Assembly: GCA_965649225.1 (NCBI GenBank)
Contig: CBFGJX010000003.1
Coordinates: forward strand, 64,001-128,000
Source: a candidate division WOR-3 bacterium
Lineage (GTDB): Bacteria; Hydrothermota; Tepidihabitantia; Tepidihabitantales; Tepidihabitantaceae
Length of the DNA stretch: 64,000 nucleotides
Reading direction: 5' to 3'
The translations under genes and the position numbers were made by a program. How positions within the stretch are numbered: the stretch's first letter is position 1; each line of letters starts with the position of its first letter. The notes under the pieces were generated by a model that worked only from the letters and a program-made list of their open reading frames with translations, was not told where the DNA came from and searched no databases. Shown one piece after another: positions 9,384 to 22,419 of this stretch.

Positions 9384-10401
9384 CGGCCGGTCCGGCGATC
9401 ACTTCGCCGACTACCGCTGCCGCCATACCGCAGCTGCCAACCAGTCCACAGAACCGCTGAACGGAGTTCCGATCCAACGCGACCAGCAGACCGCCCGATG
9501 TCTGCGACTCCCACAACAGCTTTTTGGTATCTTCGCTTATGCTGGGGGCAAACCTTATCTTCGGCCCGAACGAGGTCTCGTTGGCCAGCACCGCCGGGTC
9601 CTCAACGCCCTGAGCGACAAGCTCCCTGGCCCCGGCCAGAACCGGCACCCGCTCAGCCACTATCCGCAGAGTACACCCGCTGCCCTCGGCCATTTCCTGA
9701 GCGTGGCCAAGCAGACCATAACCGGTGATGTCGGTGGCGGCGGAAACACCGCACTCAAGCATCGCTCGACCGGCGATCCGGTTTGGCGTCAGCATCGTCC
9801 GGACTGCCTGCTCGTAGTATGCCGGATCAACGCTGTCCAGTGTCAGCATCGCCGTACCGAAGACCCCGGTACCCAGCGGTTTGGTCAGCACCAGCGCATC
9901 TCCCGGTTTCGCCGCTGCATTGGTTACAATCCGTCCCGGGTCGATGGTACCGGTCACCGCCAGGCCGTACTTGATCTCCTTTTCGTTGAAAGTGTGGCCG
10001 CCAACCACCACCGCTCCGGCCTCGGCAACCGCGTCATATCCTCCCCGCAGGATTTCAGCCAGTACCCGTTTGTCCATTGGCGCGGGAAAACCGACGATAT
10101 TCAGCACCGTCAGCGGTTCACCACCCATCGCCCAGACATCGGAAAGCGAATTGGTAGCCGCAATCCGGCCGTAGGTGTACGGGTCTTCAACCATTGGCGT
10201 CAGCAGATCCACCGTCTGCACGAGCGCAAGATCGTCCCGCACCAGGAAGACCCCGGCGTCATCGGCAGTATTGATACCGACCAGCAGTCGCGGATCGGTG
10301 GGGCGTTCCAGCCCCGCCAGTGCCTGCGCCAACTGCGCCTTGCTCAGTTTTGAGGCTCAGCCGGCACAGGATACCGTCGCGAGTATGCCTCGCTTGGCCA
10401 T
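9364..10401 (-). CDS. selD: Selenophosphate synthetase, selenocysteine-containing (UGA at codon 15)
   Basis: DDAGV, QTVD, ATNSLSDVWAMGG, GGHT, LTKPLGTG, TDITGYGLLGH, QTSGGLL; reading through TGA (10357-10359) gives MAKRGILATVSCAG-U-ASK. Confidence 0.93.
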
Positions 10402-10402
10402 C

Positions 10403-12295
10403 TTACCTCGCTTTCTTCAGCACACGGACATCCCCTTTCCGCTGGGTCAGTCCGCGTGAATCGAAATAGTTGAGCAACGGGATCAGAATTTTGCGGGTGG
10501 TGGTCAGCGCCTGTCTGATTTCGGAAGCCGAAAGCTCGGCCTTTGTCGCAAACAACCGTAGAACTGTCGCTTCGGCCGCGGCAATCGCCTCACGGTGCAG
10601 CACAACCGATTCGCCGACATCAACCAGCGTACCGGTCTCCAACAACGCTGTGCGTACCCTTTCCGCCAGCTTGCGCTCGACCCCGGCCAGTGCTTCAGCC
10701 AGTCCTGGCGGTGCCAGCCCGGCAGCGCGGAAGGCCTCGGCGGTCCGGTCGAACAGCTTCTGCTCTGCCGGCGACAGTTTCAACTCATGACCGGCCCGCC
10801 GTACCTTGTCGCCTTCGACAATCACCACTCCTGCGGCTGCGAGTTCAGCAATCACCGCCTCAAACAGCACAGCCGCCAGACCGGCACGAGCCCGCAGCTC
10901 CGGCCGCTTGATCCCCAGGCGCATTGGATTATCGGCGTGAAACCGCTCCAGTGCTGACAGGACTGCCGTGCGCGCCTCGGCCAGCACCTGCTCGGCTGCG
11001 GGGTATTCACGCCCATCCACAGTCAACAGCCGGCAACGTTTGGTTTCGAGCAGAACCTCGAGCATCGCCCGGGCATCGGCATCGGATAGCGCCAGATCGC
11101 GGGTTGCCTGCTCCATGCTTCGCAGCTCGGTACGATGTTTGAGCAGATACTGTTCCAGTACGCTGCCCGCCTCACCTCGGGCCAGGGCCTGCAGCCGCTG
11201 CAGTACCGTTGCGTCGAACCGCCGCTCCCGTTCGGGATTGGATTCCAGCACCATGCCGCCACCGAGCGTCTGCTGTGGTGAGTACAATCGCACAACGAAG
11301 CGATCGCCCCAGTCACAGACAACCGGCTCCTCCAGTCGAAGTTGAACCACGCCATCACCGCCCGGCACCAGCTCGCGACGATCGAGCAGCATCACCCGAC
11401 ACATCGCTTCGGCAGTACCGATATGCAGCTTCAAACGGGTCATGTTCCGCAGCGGCCGCGAAACCGATTTCAACAGGTACAATGTCGCATTGATCAACTT
11501 CGTCGGCTGGTAGTAGCCGGGCGTTGCCAGCACGTTGCCACGGACAACTGTCTCGCGTTCGATTCCCTGCAGATTCAACGCCGCTCGCTCGCCCAGCCCA
11601 ACCGATTCCAGTGTCCGGTTATGCTCCTGAATGCCCCGAACACGCACCTCGACCCCCTGCGGCAGCAGTTCGAGTCTGTCGCCAACCCGGCAGGAGCCCG
11701 ACAACACTGTTCCGGCAACGACAGTACCGAAACCCTTGATGGTAAAGCAGCGGTCGACCGGCAGTCGGAACACACCGCGGTCGGGCTTGGCCGGAAGCTT
11801 GGCTGCCTCAGTCTCGATAAAAGCCCGCAGCTCATCAATACCCTGACCGGTTACTGCGGAAACGTTGACGACCGGGGCCCCTTCAAGAAAACTGCCCCGC
11901 ACCAGCTCCTGAACGTCCTGTTGTACCAGTTCCAGCCAGTCCGGATCGACAAGGTCAATCTTGTTGATGACGATGATGCCGCGACGAATCGCCATCAAAC
12001 GGCAGATTTCGAAGTGCTCCCGAGTCTGAGGCATGACCCCGTCATCGGCGGCAACGACCAGCAGGACCATATCGATCGTACTGGCACCGGCCAGCATGTG
12101 GCGAACGAATCGCTCATGCCCCGGCACGTCGATGATCGTTATCCGCTCGCCGAGAAATGCGAAACCGAGGTCGGTGGTCATCCCCCGTTCTTTTTCCTCT
12201 TTCAGACGGTCCGGATCGGTGCCGGTCAACGCCCGCACCAGTGCACTCTTGCCGTGATCAATGTGGCCGGCCGTGCCAACAACTGTATGGAGCAT
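10403..12295 (-). CDS. selB: Selenocysteine-specific elongation factor SelB
   Basis: [31 protein letters not shown]-terminal winged helix ([14 protein letters not shown]); ATG overlaps the rpoN stop (TGATG). Confidence 0.95.
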   Translation of the reverse strand: MLHTVVGTAGHIDHGKSALVRALTGTDPDRLKEEKERGMTTDLGFAFLGERITIIDVPGHERFVRHMLAGASTIDMVLLVVAADDGVMPQTREHFEICRLMAIRRGIIVINKIDLVDPDWLELVQQDVQELVRGSFLEGAPVVNVSAVTGQGIDELRAFIETEAAKLPAKPDRGVFRLPVDRCFTIKGFGTVVAGTVLSGSCRVGDRLELLPQGVEVRVRGIQEHNRTLESVGLGERAALNLQGIERETVVRGNVLATPGYYQPTKLINATLYLLKSVSRPLRNMTRLKLHIGTAEAMCRVMLLDRRELVPGGDGVVQLRLEEPVVCDWGDRFVVRLYSPQQTLGGGMVLESNPERERRFDATVLQRLQALARGEAGSVLEQYLLKHRTELRSMEQATRDLALSDADARAMLEVLLETKRCRLLTVDGREYPAAEQVLAEARTAVLSALERFHADNPMRLGIKRPELRARAGLAAVLFEAVIAELAAAGVVIVEGDKVRRAGHELKLSPAEQKLFDRTAEAFRAAGLAPPGLAEALAGVERKLAERVRTALLETGTLVDVGESVVLHREAIAAAEATVLRLFATKAELSASEIRQALTTTRKILIPLLNYFDSRGLTQRKGDVRVLKKAR

Positions 12296-13722
12296 CACAG
12301 CATCCGCCGCTCGTTGCAGCCCGGAATTCCCATCTCGCCCCGGTATTTTGCCACCGTCCGTCGCGACACCGCGATGCCAGCCAGCTTCAGCCGGCCGACA
12401 ATCTCGTCGTCGCTCAACGGTGACGTCTTGCTCTCGCATGCTATTATCTGGGCGATCTTCTCTTTGATACTTGTCCGGGCAGTACTGCCCGTTCCGGCGG
12501 CAAAGAAATGCTTGTAAGGGAAAATCCCCAGCGGGGTTTCAAGGTACTTACCGGCAATCGCCCGTGACAGCGTCGAGGGGTGGACGCCGAGCCTCATCGC
12601 CGCCTCGCGCAGTGTCGCCGGTCGCATGTGCTCCACCCCGCGTCGAAAGAAATCCTCCTGCAGCTCGATGATCAGCTCGGTCAGCCGGCGCAGAGTCCGG
12701 CGGCGCGATTCAATCGCCCGCAGAAACATCAGTGCCCGATTGAACTTCTCACGGGCAAACGCTACCTGCTCGCGCGTGAAAGCATCCGGATGGCGCAGAA
12801 TATCCCGATATTTTTGCGACAGCCGCAGCCGCGGGAAGTTCTCGTCATTGGCTTCGGCGACCAGTTTATCGTCCCGCCAGACGACCGAGTAATCCGGAGC
12901 CACGTAACTCGTTCGTCCCGACGACCAGGCGCGGGCCGGCCGCGGCTCAAACCGCCCCAGCGACTGCACCGCTTGCTGAACCGCCTCGACTTCCACTCCG
13001 CAGACCTTGGCAATACGCGCGAACTGCCGTCGTCCCAACAGGTCCCACAAATCCCCGACCAGCCGACGCTCCAGTGACTGCGGACCATAGCCTGCCAGTT
13101 CAAGCTGAACGTCCAGTGCTTCGCGGCAGTTTCGACACGCCAGCCCGCCTGGTTCCAGGCGTTGAATCACATACAAAACAGCCTGCACCCGGTCAACGGT
13201 AACACCACGGCTGGCAGCGATTTCTTCTTCGGTCAGGGTCAAGAACCCGTCCTCATCCAGCGATTGGAGGACAAACTCGGCCAGTTCGGCATCGTCGGTG
13301 CTGAGCATCCCGCGCAGGCGCGGCATAAGCGCATCGGCCGGACTGCCGCCGGCTGCACACCAGGTCTCGGTGTCATCATCATCGTCGGCCGCCACCGCCA
13401 TCGGACCGAAGTCATCGTTGGGCATCAGATCTGCGATGGTGTAGTCGAAATCGGAAACTACCGCACTGTCCTGCTCAACTTCGCTTCCCGCCGCCTGAGC
13501 CTGATCAGCCTGAACTGGAACGTCTGCCGACGGATCAACCCCGGCCGCATCCAGCCCTTCCCCCGGGGCATCGGCCTGTTCCAGGGCCGGATTCTGCTCA
13601 AGTTCCCGCTCAATCACGGTCTCGAGGTCCAGCCCGGTCAACTGCAGCAGCTTGAGGTTCAGAATCAACTGCGGCGTCAACCGCAGTTCCTGAGTCAACC
13701 GCTGGTCAAGTCCTAATCTCAT
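12295..13722 (-). CDS. rpoN: RNA polymerase sigma-54 factor
   Basis: Gln/Leu-rich region I, ELEQNPALE, HPSTLSRA, RpoN box SRRTVAKYR. Confidence 0.95.
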   Translation of the reverse strand: MRLGLDQRLTQELRLTPQLILNLKLLQLTGLDLETVIERELEQNPALEQADAPGEGLDAAGVDPSADVPVQADQAQAAGSEVEQDSAVVSDFDYTIADLMPNDDFGPMAVAADDDDDTETWCAAGGSPADALMPRLRGMLSTDDAELAEFVLQSLDEDGFLTLTEEEIAASRGVTVDRVQAVLYVIQRLEPGGLACRNCREALDVQLELAGYGPQSLERRLVGDLWDLLGRRQFARIAKVCGVEVEAVQQAVQSLGRFEPRPARAWSSGRTSYVAPDYSVVWRDDKLVAEANDENFPRLRLSQKYRDILRHPDAFTREQVAFAREKFNRALMFLRAIESRRRTLRRLTELIIELQEDFFRRGVEHMRPATLREAAMRLGVHPSTLSRAIAGKYLETPLGIFPYKHFFAAGTGSTARTSIKEKIAQIIACESKTSPLSDDEIVGRLKLAGIAVSRRTVAKYRGEMGIPGCNERRML

Positions 13723-14450
13723 ATTCGAAACCGTTCACCCAGATACACTGCCCGCGCGGTCTCGTCCCTGACCAGGTCCTCTGACGTGCCCGAAAGCAGC
13801 ACCCGGGCATCGTACATCACGTAGGCACGGTCGGTGATTTCCAGCGTCTCGCGGACATTGTGATCGGTAATCAGAATCCCGAGGCCCTCGGCCTTCAGAC
13901 GGCGGATTATGTCCTGAATCTCGGCCCGAACGATCGGATCGATGCCGGTGAACGGTTCGTCCAGCAGCAAGAAAGACGGCCCCGAAGCGAGCGCCCGCGC
14001 CATCTCTACCCTTCGCCTCTCGCCGCCGGACAGGGTCCCTCCCTGCTGACGCCGCAGGTGGCTGACATTGAGCTTTTCCAGCAGCTCGTTTGTCCGTTCG
14101 ATCCGTCTTTCTTTCGGAAATCCAATCATCTCCAGTATTGCAAGAACATTCTGTTCTACCGACAACTTGCGGAAAATCGACGGTTCCTGCGATAGATATC
14201 CCATACCGAGCCGAGCCCGGCGGTACACCGGCAGATAGGTTATATCGGCATCGCCCAGCCTGATCCAACCCTGCTCGGGTCGGACAAAACCGGTTATCAT
14301 GTGGAAAGTAGTCGTCTTACCGGCACCGTTTGGCCCCAGCAACCCGACAATCTCACCCCGGGCCAGTTCAAGGCTCACGCCGTCGACTACCCGTCGACCA
14401 CTGTAACGCTTCACCAGCCCGTTGGCGACAAGCTTTGCCGTTCCGTTCAT
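13719..14450 (-). CDS. lptB: LPS export ABC ATPase LptB
   Basis: GLLGPNGAGKTT, LSGGERRRVE, LLDEPFTGIDP, ITDHNVRETL, YLGERF. Confidence 0.95.
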   Translation of the reverse strand: MNGTAKLVANGLVKRYSGRRVVDGVSLELARGEIVGLLGPNGAGKTTTFHMITGFVRPEQGWIRLGDADITYLPVYRRARLGMGYLSQEPSIFRKLSVEQNVLAILEMIGFPKERRIERTNELLEKLNVSHLRRQQGGTLSGGERRRVEMARALASGPSFLLLDEPFTGIDPIVRAEIQDIIRRLKAEGLGILITDHNVRETLEITDRAYVMYDARVLLSGTSEDLVRDETARAVYLGERFRI

Positions 14451-14454
14451 GCCG

Positions 14455-15396
14455 TCACTGCCGCCACCCATCGCTTTGGCTACCTCCGCCGCGAACAAGC
14501 TGACCCAGAGTTAGACGCTCTACCTCAATCCGTTCCATCGCCCCCGCGGCGAAAACCAGCCGGATTACTGCACCGGCCACCAGTATCCGCTCCGCGTCAG
14601 TCGTCCGGTAATCGCCCCTAGCATTGCCCCTGATATCCACCTGTCTGAGCGCACCATCCGTCACCCACAAGTGCAGACTGTCGCCACTGGCGTCGCCCCG
14701 CTGATCGCGAACGCGTGGATTACCGAAAGCCAGGCCGGAATCAGGGCCGACAAAGAACACCACACTGTCACACGCCAGCTCAGCATCACCCGAAACCAGT
14801 CGCACCTGACCTGCGGCGTCGGCACGTGAGCCCTGCTCGTTCCAGCGCAGCCGCCGAGCTGTCAACCGGGCCGAATCTCCGGCATCAGGCCATGCCAACA
14901 CCGGTGCAGAATCGACTTCGCCAATGCCGGATTCGAGACGGTAACTGCCCCGTGCCCCGCTGATCTGAAAACCCCGACCGGCTTCTTTCAATCGCAGCCC
15001 GCGGTCGGCACGAACCATCCGATCGCCAGCCCGGTACTCAAGCCACGGAGCCAGAATGTCCAGCGAATCACGTCGGACCCGCACAACGCCATAAAGCTCT
15101 GCGCGGCGCTCGTTGAACAGATACAGCACTGAATCCGCCTCAACGAGTCCATCCCGGTTCTCAATCCTGACATCGCCCCAGAGCATGGCACGACCGATCC
15201 GATCATTCAGTCGCGCCGCATCCGCCCCAATCCTGGTATCACCATCGACAATCACAACGCTGTCACGCAGAACCGCAACCTCCCCTTCAGGGCTGCGCTC
15301 CACCGCCATGTATCGAGCGTAAAGCTCAGCCGCATTTGCGATGACAGAGCCGGTCAGGATTAAAACGGTCGCGAGAACCTCTCGGCTGCTCAACAC
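14455..15396 (-). CDS. lptA: LptA/OstA-like beta-jellyroll protein
   Basis: Signal peptide, repeated beta-strand pattern (AMLWGDVRI, AELYGVVRV, ASGDSL); lies between lptC and lptB. Confidence 0.7.
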   Translation of the reverse strand: MLSSREVLATVLILTGSVIANAAELYARYMAVERSPEGEVAVLRDSVVIVDGDTRIGADAARLNDRIGRAMLWGDVRIENRDGLVEADSVLYLFNERRAELYGVVRVRRDSLDILAPWLEYRAGDRMVRADRGLRLKEAGRGFQISGARGSYRLESGIGEVDSAPVLAWPDAGDSARLTARRLRWNEQGSRADAAGQVRLVSGDAELACDSVVFFVGPDSGLAFGNPRVRDQRGDASGDSLHLWVTDGALRQVDIRGNARGDYRTTDAERILVAGAVIRLVFAAGAMERIEVERLTLGQLVRGGGSQSDGWRQ

Positions 15397-15940
15397 TACT
15401 CCTCGAACCGCCAGTTCGAAGTGCCACGGACTTCGCTTTTCATCTGTATGCGTTCAAGCCCGGCGTCTGACTCCAACCCAACTCCACGCACTTCACCCCG
15501 AGGAGTCCGCACAGTGACCGGAGCATCGGTGTGAACTCTGCGCGGGCCGTTGCTCCAGACCAGTGATTCACTGACCAGTATGGTACTGTCGGCCGTGCGT
15601 ACCTCGACCCCACCCCGGGCAACCAGGTTTTCGGTCAGCCGCCAGATTGTACCCTCACGCGCGGTCAACACCGAATAGACACCACCGGTGTCATCATAAA
15701 ACAACACCCGAACGCTTTTGAGCTCGACGATCTGTGAGTCTTCCCGCACCTCAGCCCGCCCAGCTTCAAGGGAAAACAGCCGCTCGCCGCTCGAAGTCTC
15801 ATCGAGACGAAAATCCTCAATGACCTGGTCCGGTAGAACGCTGGAATCCACTCTTGTCCCCGGCTCCTCGCAACTGACGGCAACAACAGCAACCAGAGTC
15901 ACAATAAGTTTTTGGGCTAACACGCGTAGCGTCCCGGCAA

Positions 15941-15944
<4 letters not shown>
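15396..15944 (-). CDS. lptC: LptC-like LPS export protein (start uncertain)
   Basis: PDQVIEDFRL, LTAREG, ESLVWS..RVHTDAPV..GVGLESD; lipobox-like VAVSC; synteny. Confidence 0.75.
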
Positions 15945-18410
<2,466 letters not shown>

Positions 18411-18433
18411 CCCTGTCAGCCACAGTTCTGTAG

Positions 18434-18550
18434 CTATCCCTGGCGCTGTTTGTGCTTTGGCTCACGTTTGCAGATTATCCGCACGACGCCCTTACGCTTG
18501 ACTACTACGCAGTGGGCACAGCGCTTCTTGACCGACGCCCTTACCTTCAT
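18434..18550 (-). CDS. rpmJ: 50S ribosomal protein L36, Zn-binding form (not in ORF track)
   Basis: Hand translation: [45 protein letters not shown]. Confidence 0.97.
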   Translation of the reverse strand: MKVRASVKKRCAHCVVVKRKGVVRIICKREPKHKQRQG

Positions 18551-18571
18551 CACATACTCCCTTCCGCAGAC

Positions 18572-18790
18572 CTACTTGAATCGGTAGATGATCCGGCCCC
18601 GTTCAAGGTCATAGGGCGAAAACTCTACCGTCACCCGGTCTCCGGGCAGAATCCTTATCCAGTTCAGCCGCATCCGGCCCGATATGTGCGCAAGCACCTT
18701 GTGCCCGTTGTCTAGTTCGACGCGAAAAGTCGCGTTGGGCAACGACTCGACAATCGTGCCTTCAAGCTGAATCAGATCCTTCTTAGCCAT
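18572..18790 (-). CDS. infA: Translation initiation factor IF-1
   Basis: [40 protein letters not shown]. Confidence 0.98.
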   Translation of the reverse strand: MAKKDLIQLEGTIVESLPNATFRVELDNGHKVLAHISGRMRLNWIRILPGDRVTVEFSPYDLERGRIIYRFK

Positions 18791-19535
18791 TCTCTGTTAG
18801 TATCTCCGGCTCACCTTCGGTCACCAGAATGGTATTCTCAAAATGGGCCGACGGGCTGCCATCAGCAGCAACGACGGTCCAACCGTTCTCCAGCGTTCTG
18901 ACCTCAAAACTGCCGGCATTGACCATTGGCTCAACCGCCAGCGTCATACCGGCCTGCAGTCTGACCCCTTCACCCGCCCGGCCGAAATTGGGTACTGACG
19001 GGTCCTCGTGCAGACTCAACCCGACCCCGTGCCCGCAGAGCTCTCGGACGACTGAGAAACCACGCGCCTCAACATACACCTGGACGGCATGGCCGATATC
19101 ACCCACCCGCTTGCCGGCACGTGCTGCGCCGCAGGCAGCCCGGAAAGCCCCCTCCGCCGCCGCCGCCAGTGCCTGCCGGGTCTGGTCAGCCTTTCCGACC
19201 AGATAGCTGCGCGCCATGTCGGCGATGAACCCGTCCTTGGTGACACCAACATCAATCTTGACGATATCACCGTCTCGCAACGGTCGTTCCGACGGAATCC
19301 CGTGCACAACTTCCTCGTTGACACTGATGCAGACCGCCGCAGGGAACCCGCGGTAGCCGAGGAAAGTCGGCACACCGCCGTCGGCACGAATCGACTCAAC
19401 ACAGGCCCGCTCAAGTTCCAGCAGAGTCGCTCCCGGCCGAATCAACCTCTCTGCTGCAGCCAGTGCCCGGGCAGCGATACGCCCTGCATCTCTGATCCCG
19501 TTGATCTCGCGGGCCGACTTCAGTACTACCGCCAA
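18783..19535 (-). CDS. map: Methionine aminopeptidase type I
   Basis: [43 protein letters not shown]. Confidence 0.96.
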   Translation of the reverse strand: MAVVLKSAREINGIRDAGRIAARALAAAERLIRPGATLLELERACVESIRADGGVPTFLGYRGFPAAVCISVNEEVVHGIPSERPLRDGDIVKIDVGVTKDGFIADMARSYLVGKADQTRQALAAAAEGAFRAACGAARAGKRVGDIGHAVQVYVEARGFSVVRELCGHGVGLSLHEDPSVPNFGRAGEGVRLQAGMTLAVEPMVNAGSFEVRTLENGWTVVAADGSPSAHFENTILVTEGEPEILTENG

Positions 19536-19545
19536 GCTGCGACCT

Positions 19546-20211
19546 TCAAACGCCGCCCAGCTCCGACACGAGCCGGGCAATCTCCTCATACACCCGGTCA
19601 CGTCCAAGGATGCCATCAACCCTGACGAGCTTGCCCTGGCCGCCGTAATAACCCAGCACCGGTTCGGTCTGGCGATGATAGACGCTCAAACGGTCACGAA
19701 TCACCTCTTCGGTGTCATCGCGGCGCTGATACAGCTCTGCCCCACACTCATCGCAGACCCGTTCGACACGGGGCGGACTGAAACTCAGATTGTAGATCTT
19801 CGAGCACTGTCGGCACTGACGCCGCGCACTGAGCCGCTTGACGACTTCCTCATCGGCCAGATCAACCAGCACCGCCAGGTCAATTGCCAGCCCGTTGTCG
19901 GCAAGCACCGCATCCAGTCCTTCCGCCTGCGGCACCGTACGGGGAAAACCATCATAGAGTATCGACTTGCCGGCATGCTCGGCCAGAAAGGCGTTGACAA
20001 CTTCCAGCACAACGTTATCCGGCACGAGCTTGCCTGCGACGACGTATTCTTCGACCTCGAGCCCGACCGGTGTCTTGCGGGCGATATGGTCGCGGAACAC
20101 CTCTCCGGTCGAGTAGTGAACAAAGCCCAACCGGTCCCGCAACAGCTCTGCTTGGGTGCCCTTGCCGGAGCCGGGTGGGCCAACCAGCACCAGATTAACT
20201 GCTTTCTTCAT
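19546..20211 (-). CDS. adk: Adenylate kinase (Zn-LID type)
   Basis: GPPGSGKGTQA, DGFPRT, CxxC...CxxC lid, QRRDD. Confidence 0.97.
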   Translation of the reverse strand: MKKAVNLVLVGPPGSGKGTQAELLRDRLGFVHYSTGEVFRDHIARKTPVGLEVEEYVVAGKLVPDNVVLEVVNAFLAEHAGKSILYDGFPRTVPQAEGLDAVLADNGLAIDLAVLVDLADEEVVKRLSARRQCRQCSKIYNLSFSPPRVERVCDECGAELYQRRDDTEEVIRDRLSVYHRQTEPVLGYYGGQGKLVRVDGILGRDRVYEEIARLVSELGGV

Positions 20212-20234
20212 CTGTAATTCCTGTCAGTTGTCGA

Positions 20235-20262
20235 AGTCTACCGGCGCTTTGAAAGTAGTCAA
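20235..20262 (-). promoter_or_regulatory. sigma70-like promoter of the adk operon
   Basis: TTGACT-16-TAGACT on the minus strand. Confidence 0.6.
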
Positions 20263-20421
20263 GCTGACGCCACTTGCGGCCGATAACCGGACTGGAGTTC
20301 TTACTTGACGGCACAACGGTTGGACCCCGTAGTTGTTCGAGCAGACTCTTGTCCTATCCCGTTGCACGTGCTCGACAGTCCGACAACCTCACTCACACGG
20401 CATTATCGACGCCGTTCGGCT

Positions 20422-20455
20422 GAAAACCTGCGCCCCGCCTTGGAGCGGGGCGCAG
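20422..20455 (-). terminator. Intrinsic terminator of the hydrogenase operon
   Basis: 11-bp stem CTGCGCCCCGC/GCGGGGCGCAG followed by GTTTT on minus. Confidence 0.8.
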
Positions 20456-20475
20456 CAGCATCGAACGGATCCAGA

Positions 20476-22419
20476 CTAGACCAGCGAGTCTCCACGCGCG
20501 GTGTAGTGAGTATGCAGGTACTTATGCGATACCTCACCACACGGCCCGTCGGTCAGGAACTCCTGATACAGCTTCAAGACGTGAGGATTCTCATGCGACT
20601 TCCGTATCGGCAGCCCCATGTCTTCGCTGTAGATCGCCTTGGCACGTGCCGCGCGGATGTCAGGCGAAGTCGGTATCGGCTGACCGCCACCGCCAAGGCA
20701 TCCACCCGGGCAGGCCATGAACTCAATGAAATGACATTGACTGAACTTGCCTCCAGCCTTGATGTCTTCCATGACCTTGCGGGCATAAGCCGTACCGTGC
20801 GCCACTGCGACCTTGAGCGTCGCGCCTTTGAGCCAGTTCCAGTCCGCTCCCAGCTTGCCTTTCTTGACGAGCTGAGCAAGCAGTTCCGGCACCGGCCCGA
20901 CTTTGGGGATGGGAATTTCCATGTACTTCACTCCCTCAAAGCCGCGTACCGGCTCGACGTTGGCATTCTGAAAGACCTCCTCAGCCTTGAGGCCGGTGAC
21001 GACCTCAACGACGGTCCGGATCGCTGCTTCCATCACGCCACCGGTCGCACCGAAGATAAGCCCGGCACCTGACGCATCGCCGAACGGCAGGTCCGGGTGC
21101 GAAGGCGGCAGGTTGGGCAGGTCGAGCCCGGCCTCCTTGATCATCATCGCAGTTTCGCGCGTCGTCAGGCCGTAGTCGATGTCCTTGTAACCGGAGGAGT
21201 TCATCTCCGGCCGGTTGGCTTCGAACTTCTTCGCCGAACACGGCATCAGCGAAACGGTGACGATGCTCGCCGGGTCGACGCCTGCCTTCTGGGCATAGTA
21301 GGTCTTGATCAGTGCGCCAAACATCTGCTGCGGTGACTTGCAGCTTGACAGGTAAGGCAGGAACTCAGGATAAAAGTGCTCGCAGAATTTCACCCAGCCG
21401 GGCGAACAGGAGGTAAACTGGGGCAGTGCAACCGGTTCCTTCTTGACCAGTGCCCGGTAGAGCCGGATGAGCAGTTCGGTGCCTTCCTCAATGATTGTCA
21501 AATCAGCAGTGGTGTTGGTATCAAAGACAGCATCAAAGCCGGCACGGCGCAACGCCGTGTTCAGCTGGCCTGTCACCGAAGTACCGGCCGGCAGTCCGAA
21601 TTCCTCGCCGATCGCCGCCCTGGGCGATGGCGCGGTCTGCATCACGACGTGCTTCTTGGGATCATCAATTGCCGCCCAGATTTCGTCTGACGGGTCTTTG
21701 GCCCGCAGCGCGCCGGTGGGGCAACGATTGATGCACTGGCCGCAATTGATGCAGATAACATCCGCCAAGTCACGATCCATGAACGTAGTTATCTCGGTTC
21801 GGTCCGAGCGACCCTCGGCCGTAAGCACGCCGACCGACTGCAGGTCAATGCAGGTGCGGACGCAACGCCGGCAGAGGACGCACTTGTTCATGTCGCGCAC
21901 GACCGAGTAACTCGAACGATCAATCTCGTGGTGCGGTCTGTCGACGTGGCCGAAACGGAAGAAATCGACTCCGTACTCCTTGGCCAGTGCCTGCAGCTCG
22001 CAGTTGTTGTTGCGGAAACAGGAGTAACACTCGCCGTAGTGTTTCGAAAGCAGCAGGTCAAGTATGTGCCGGCGGGCCAGCCGCACCCGTTGCGAGGTCG
22101 TCCGCACGACGGTTGGTTCGGTACAGGGATAGGTACAGGCGGTTTGCAGTGTCCGTTGCTTCTCGACCTCAACGACGCAGATGCGGCACAATCCCGCCAG
22201 ACACAGATCCTCATGATAGCACAGTGTCGGGATGCGAATTCCCGCGGTCCGAGCCGCCTCGAGAATCGTCGTACCGAACGGCACTTTCAGTTCGATGTCG
22301 TCAATCTTCACCGAAACAAGCCCGCCGATATCACCCGGTCTGCCGCCTGGCACCACCAGCGGCTTTTCCGACCCCGGGGTCGCGCAGGTCCCGTCGGCGC
22401 AGGGATTCTTTCTAGCCAT
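20476..22419 (-). CDS. hydA: [FeFe]-hydrogenase catalytic subunit (group A, HydA/HndD-like)
   Basis: H-cluster motifs TSCSPGW, MPCSAKKFE, EFMACPGGCLGGGGQP; N-terminal 2Fe-2S, His-ligated 4Fe-4S and 2x4Fe-4S motifs. Confidence 0.95.
   Translation of the reverse strand: MARKNPCADGTCATPGSEKPLVVPGGRPGDIGGLVSVKIDDIELKVPFGTTILEAARTAGIRIPTLCYHEDLCLAGLCRICVVEVEKQRTLQTACTYPCTEPTVVRTTSQRVRLARRHILDLLLSKHYGECYSCFRNNNCELQALAKEYGVDFFRFGHVDRPHHEIDRSSYSVVRDMNKCVLCRRCVRTCIDLQSVGVLTAEGRSDRTEITTFMDRDLADVICINCGQCINRCPTGALRAKDPSDEIWAAIDDPKKHVVMQTAPSPRAAIGEEFGLPAGTSVTGQLNTALRRAGFDAVFDTNTTADLTIIEEGTELLIRLYRALVKKEPVALPQFTSCSPGWVKFCEHFYPEFLPYLSSCKSPQQMFGALIKTYYAQKAGVDPASIVTVSLMPCSAKKFEANRPEMNSSGYKDIDYGLTTRETAMMIKEAGLDLPNLPPSHPDLPFGDASGAGLIFGATGGVMEAAIRTVVEVVTGLKAEEVFQNANVEPVRGFEGVKYMEIPIPKVGPVPELLAQLVKKGKLGADWNWLKGATLKVAVAHGTAYARKVMEDIKAGGKFSQCHFIEFMACPGGCLGGGGQPIPTSPDIRAARAKAIYSEDMGLPIRKSHENPHVLKLYQEFLTDGPCGEVSHKYLHTHYTARGDSLV

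Noticed and set aside
12296..12439. Apparent 48-aa N-terminal extension of SelB
   Set aside because: Overlaps the rpoN 3' end; the G-domain begins right after the ATG at 12295
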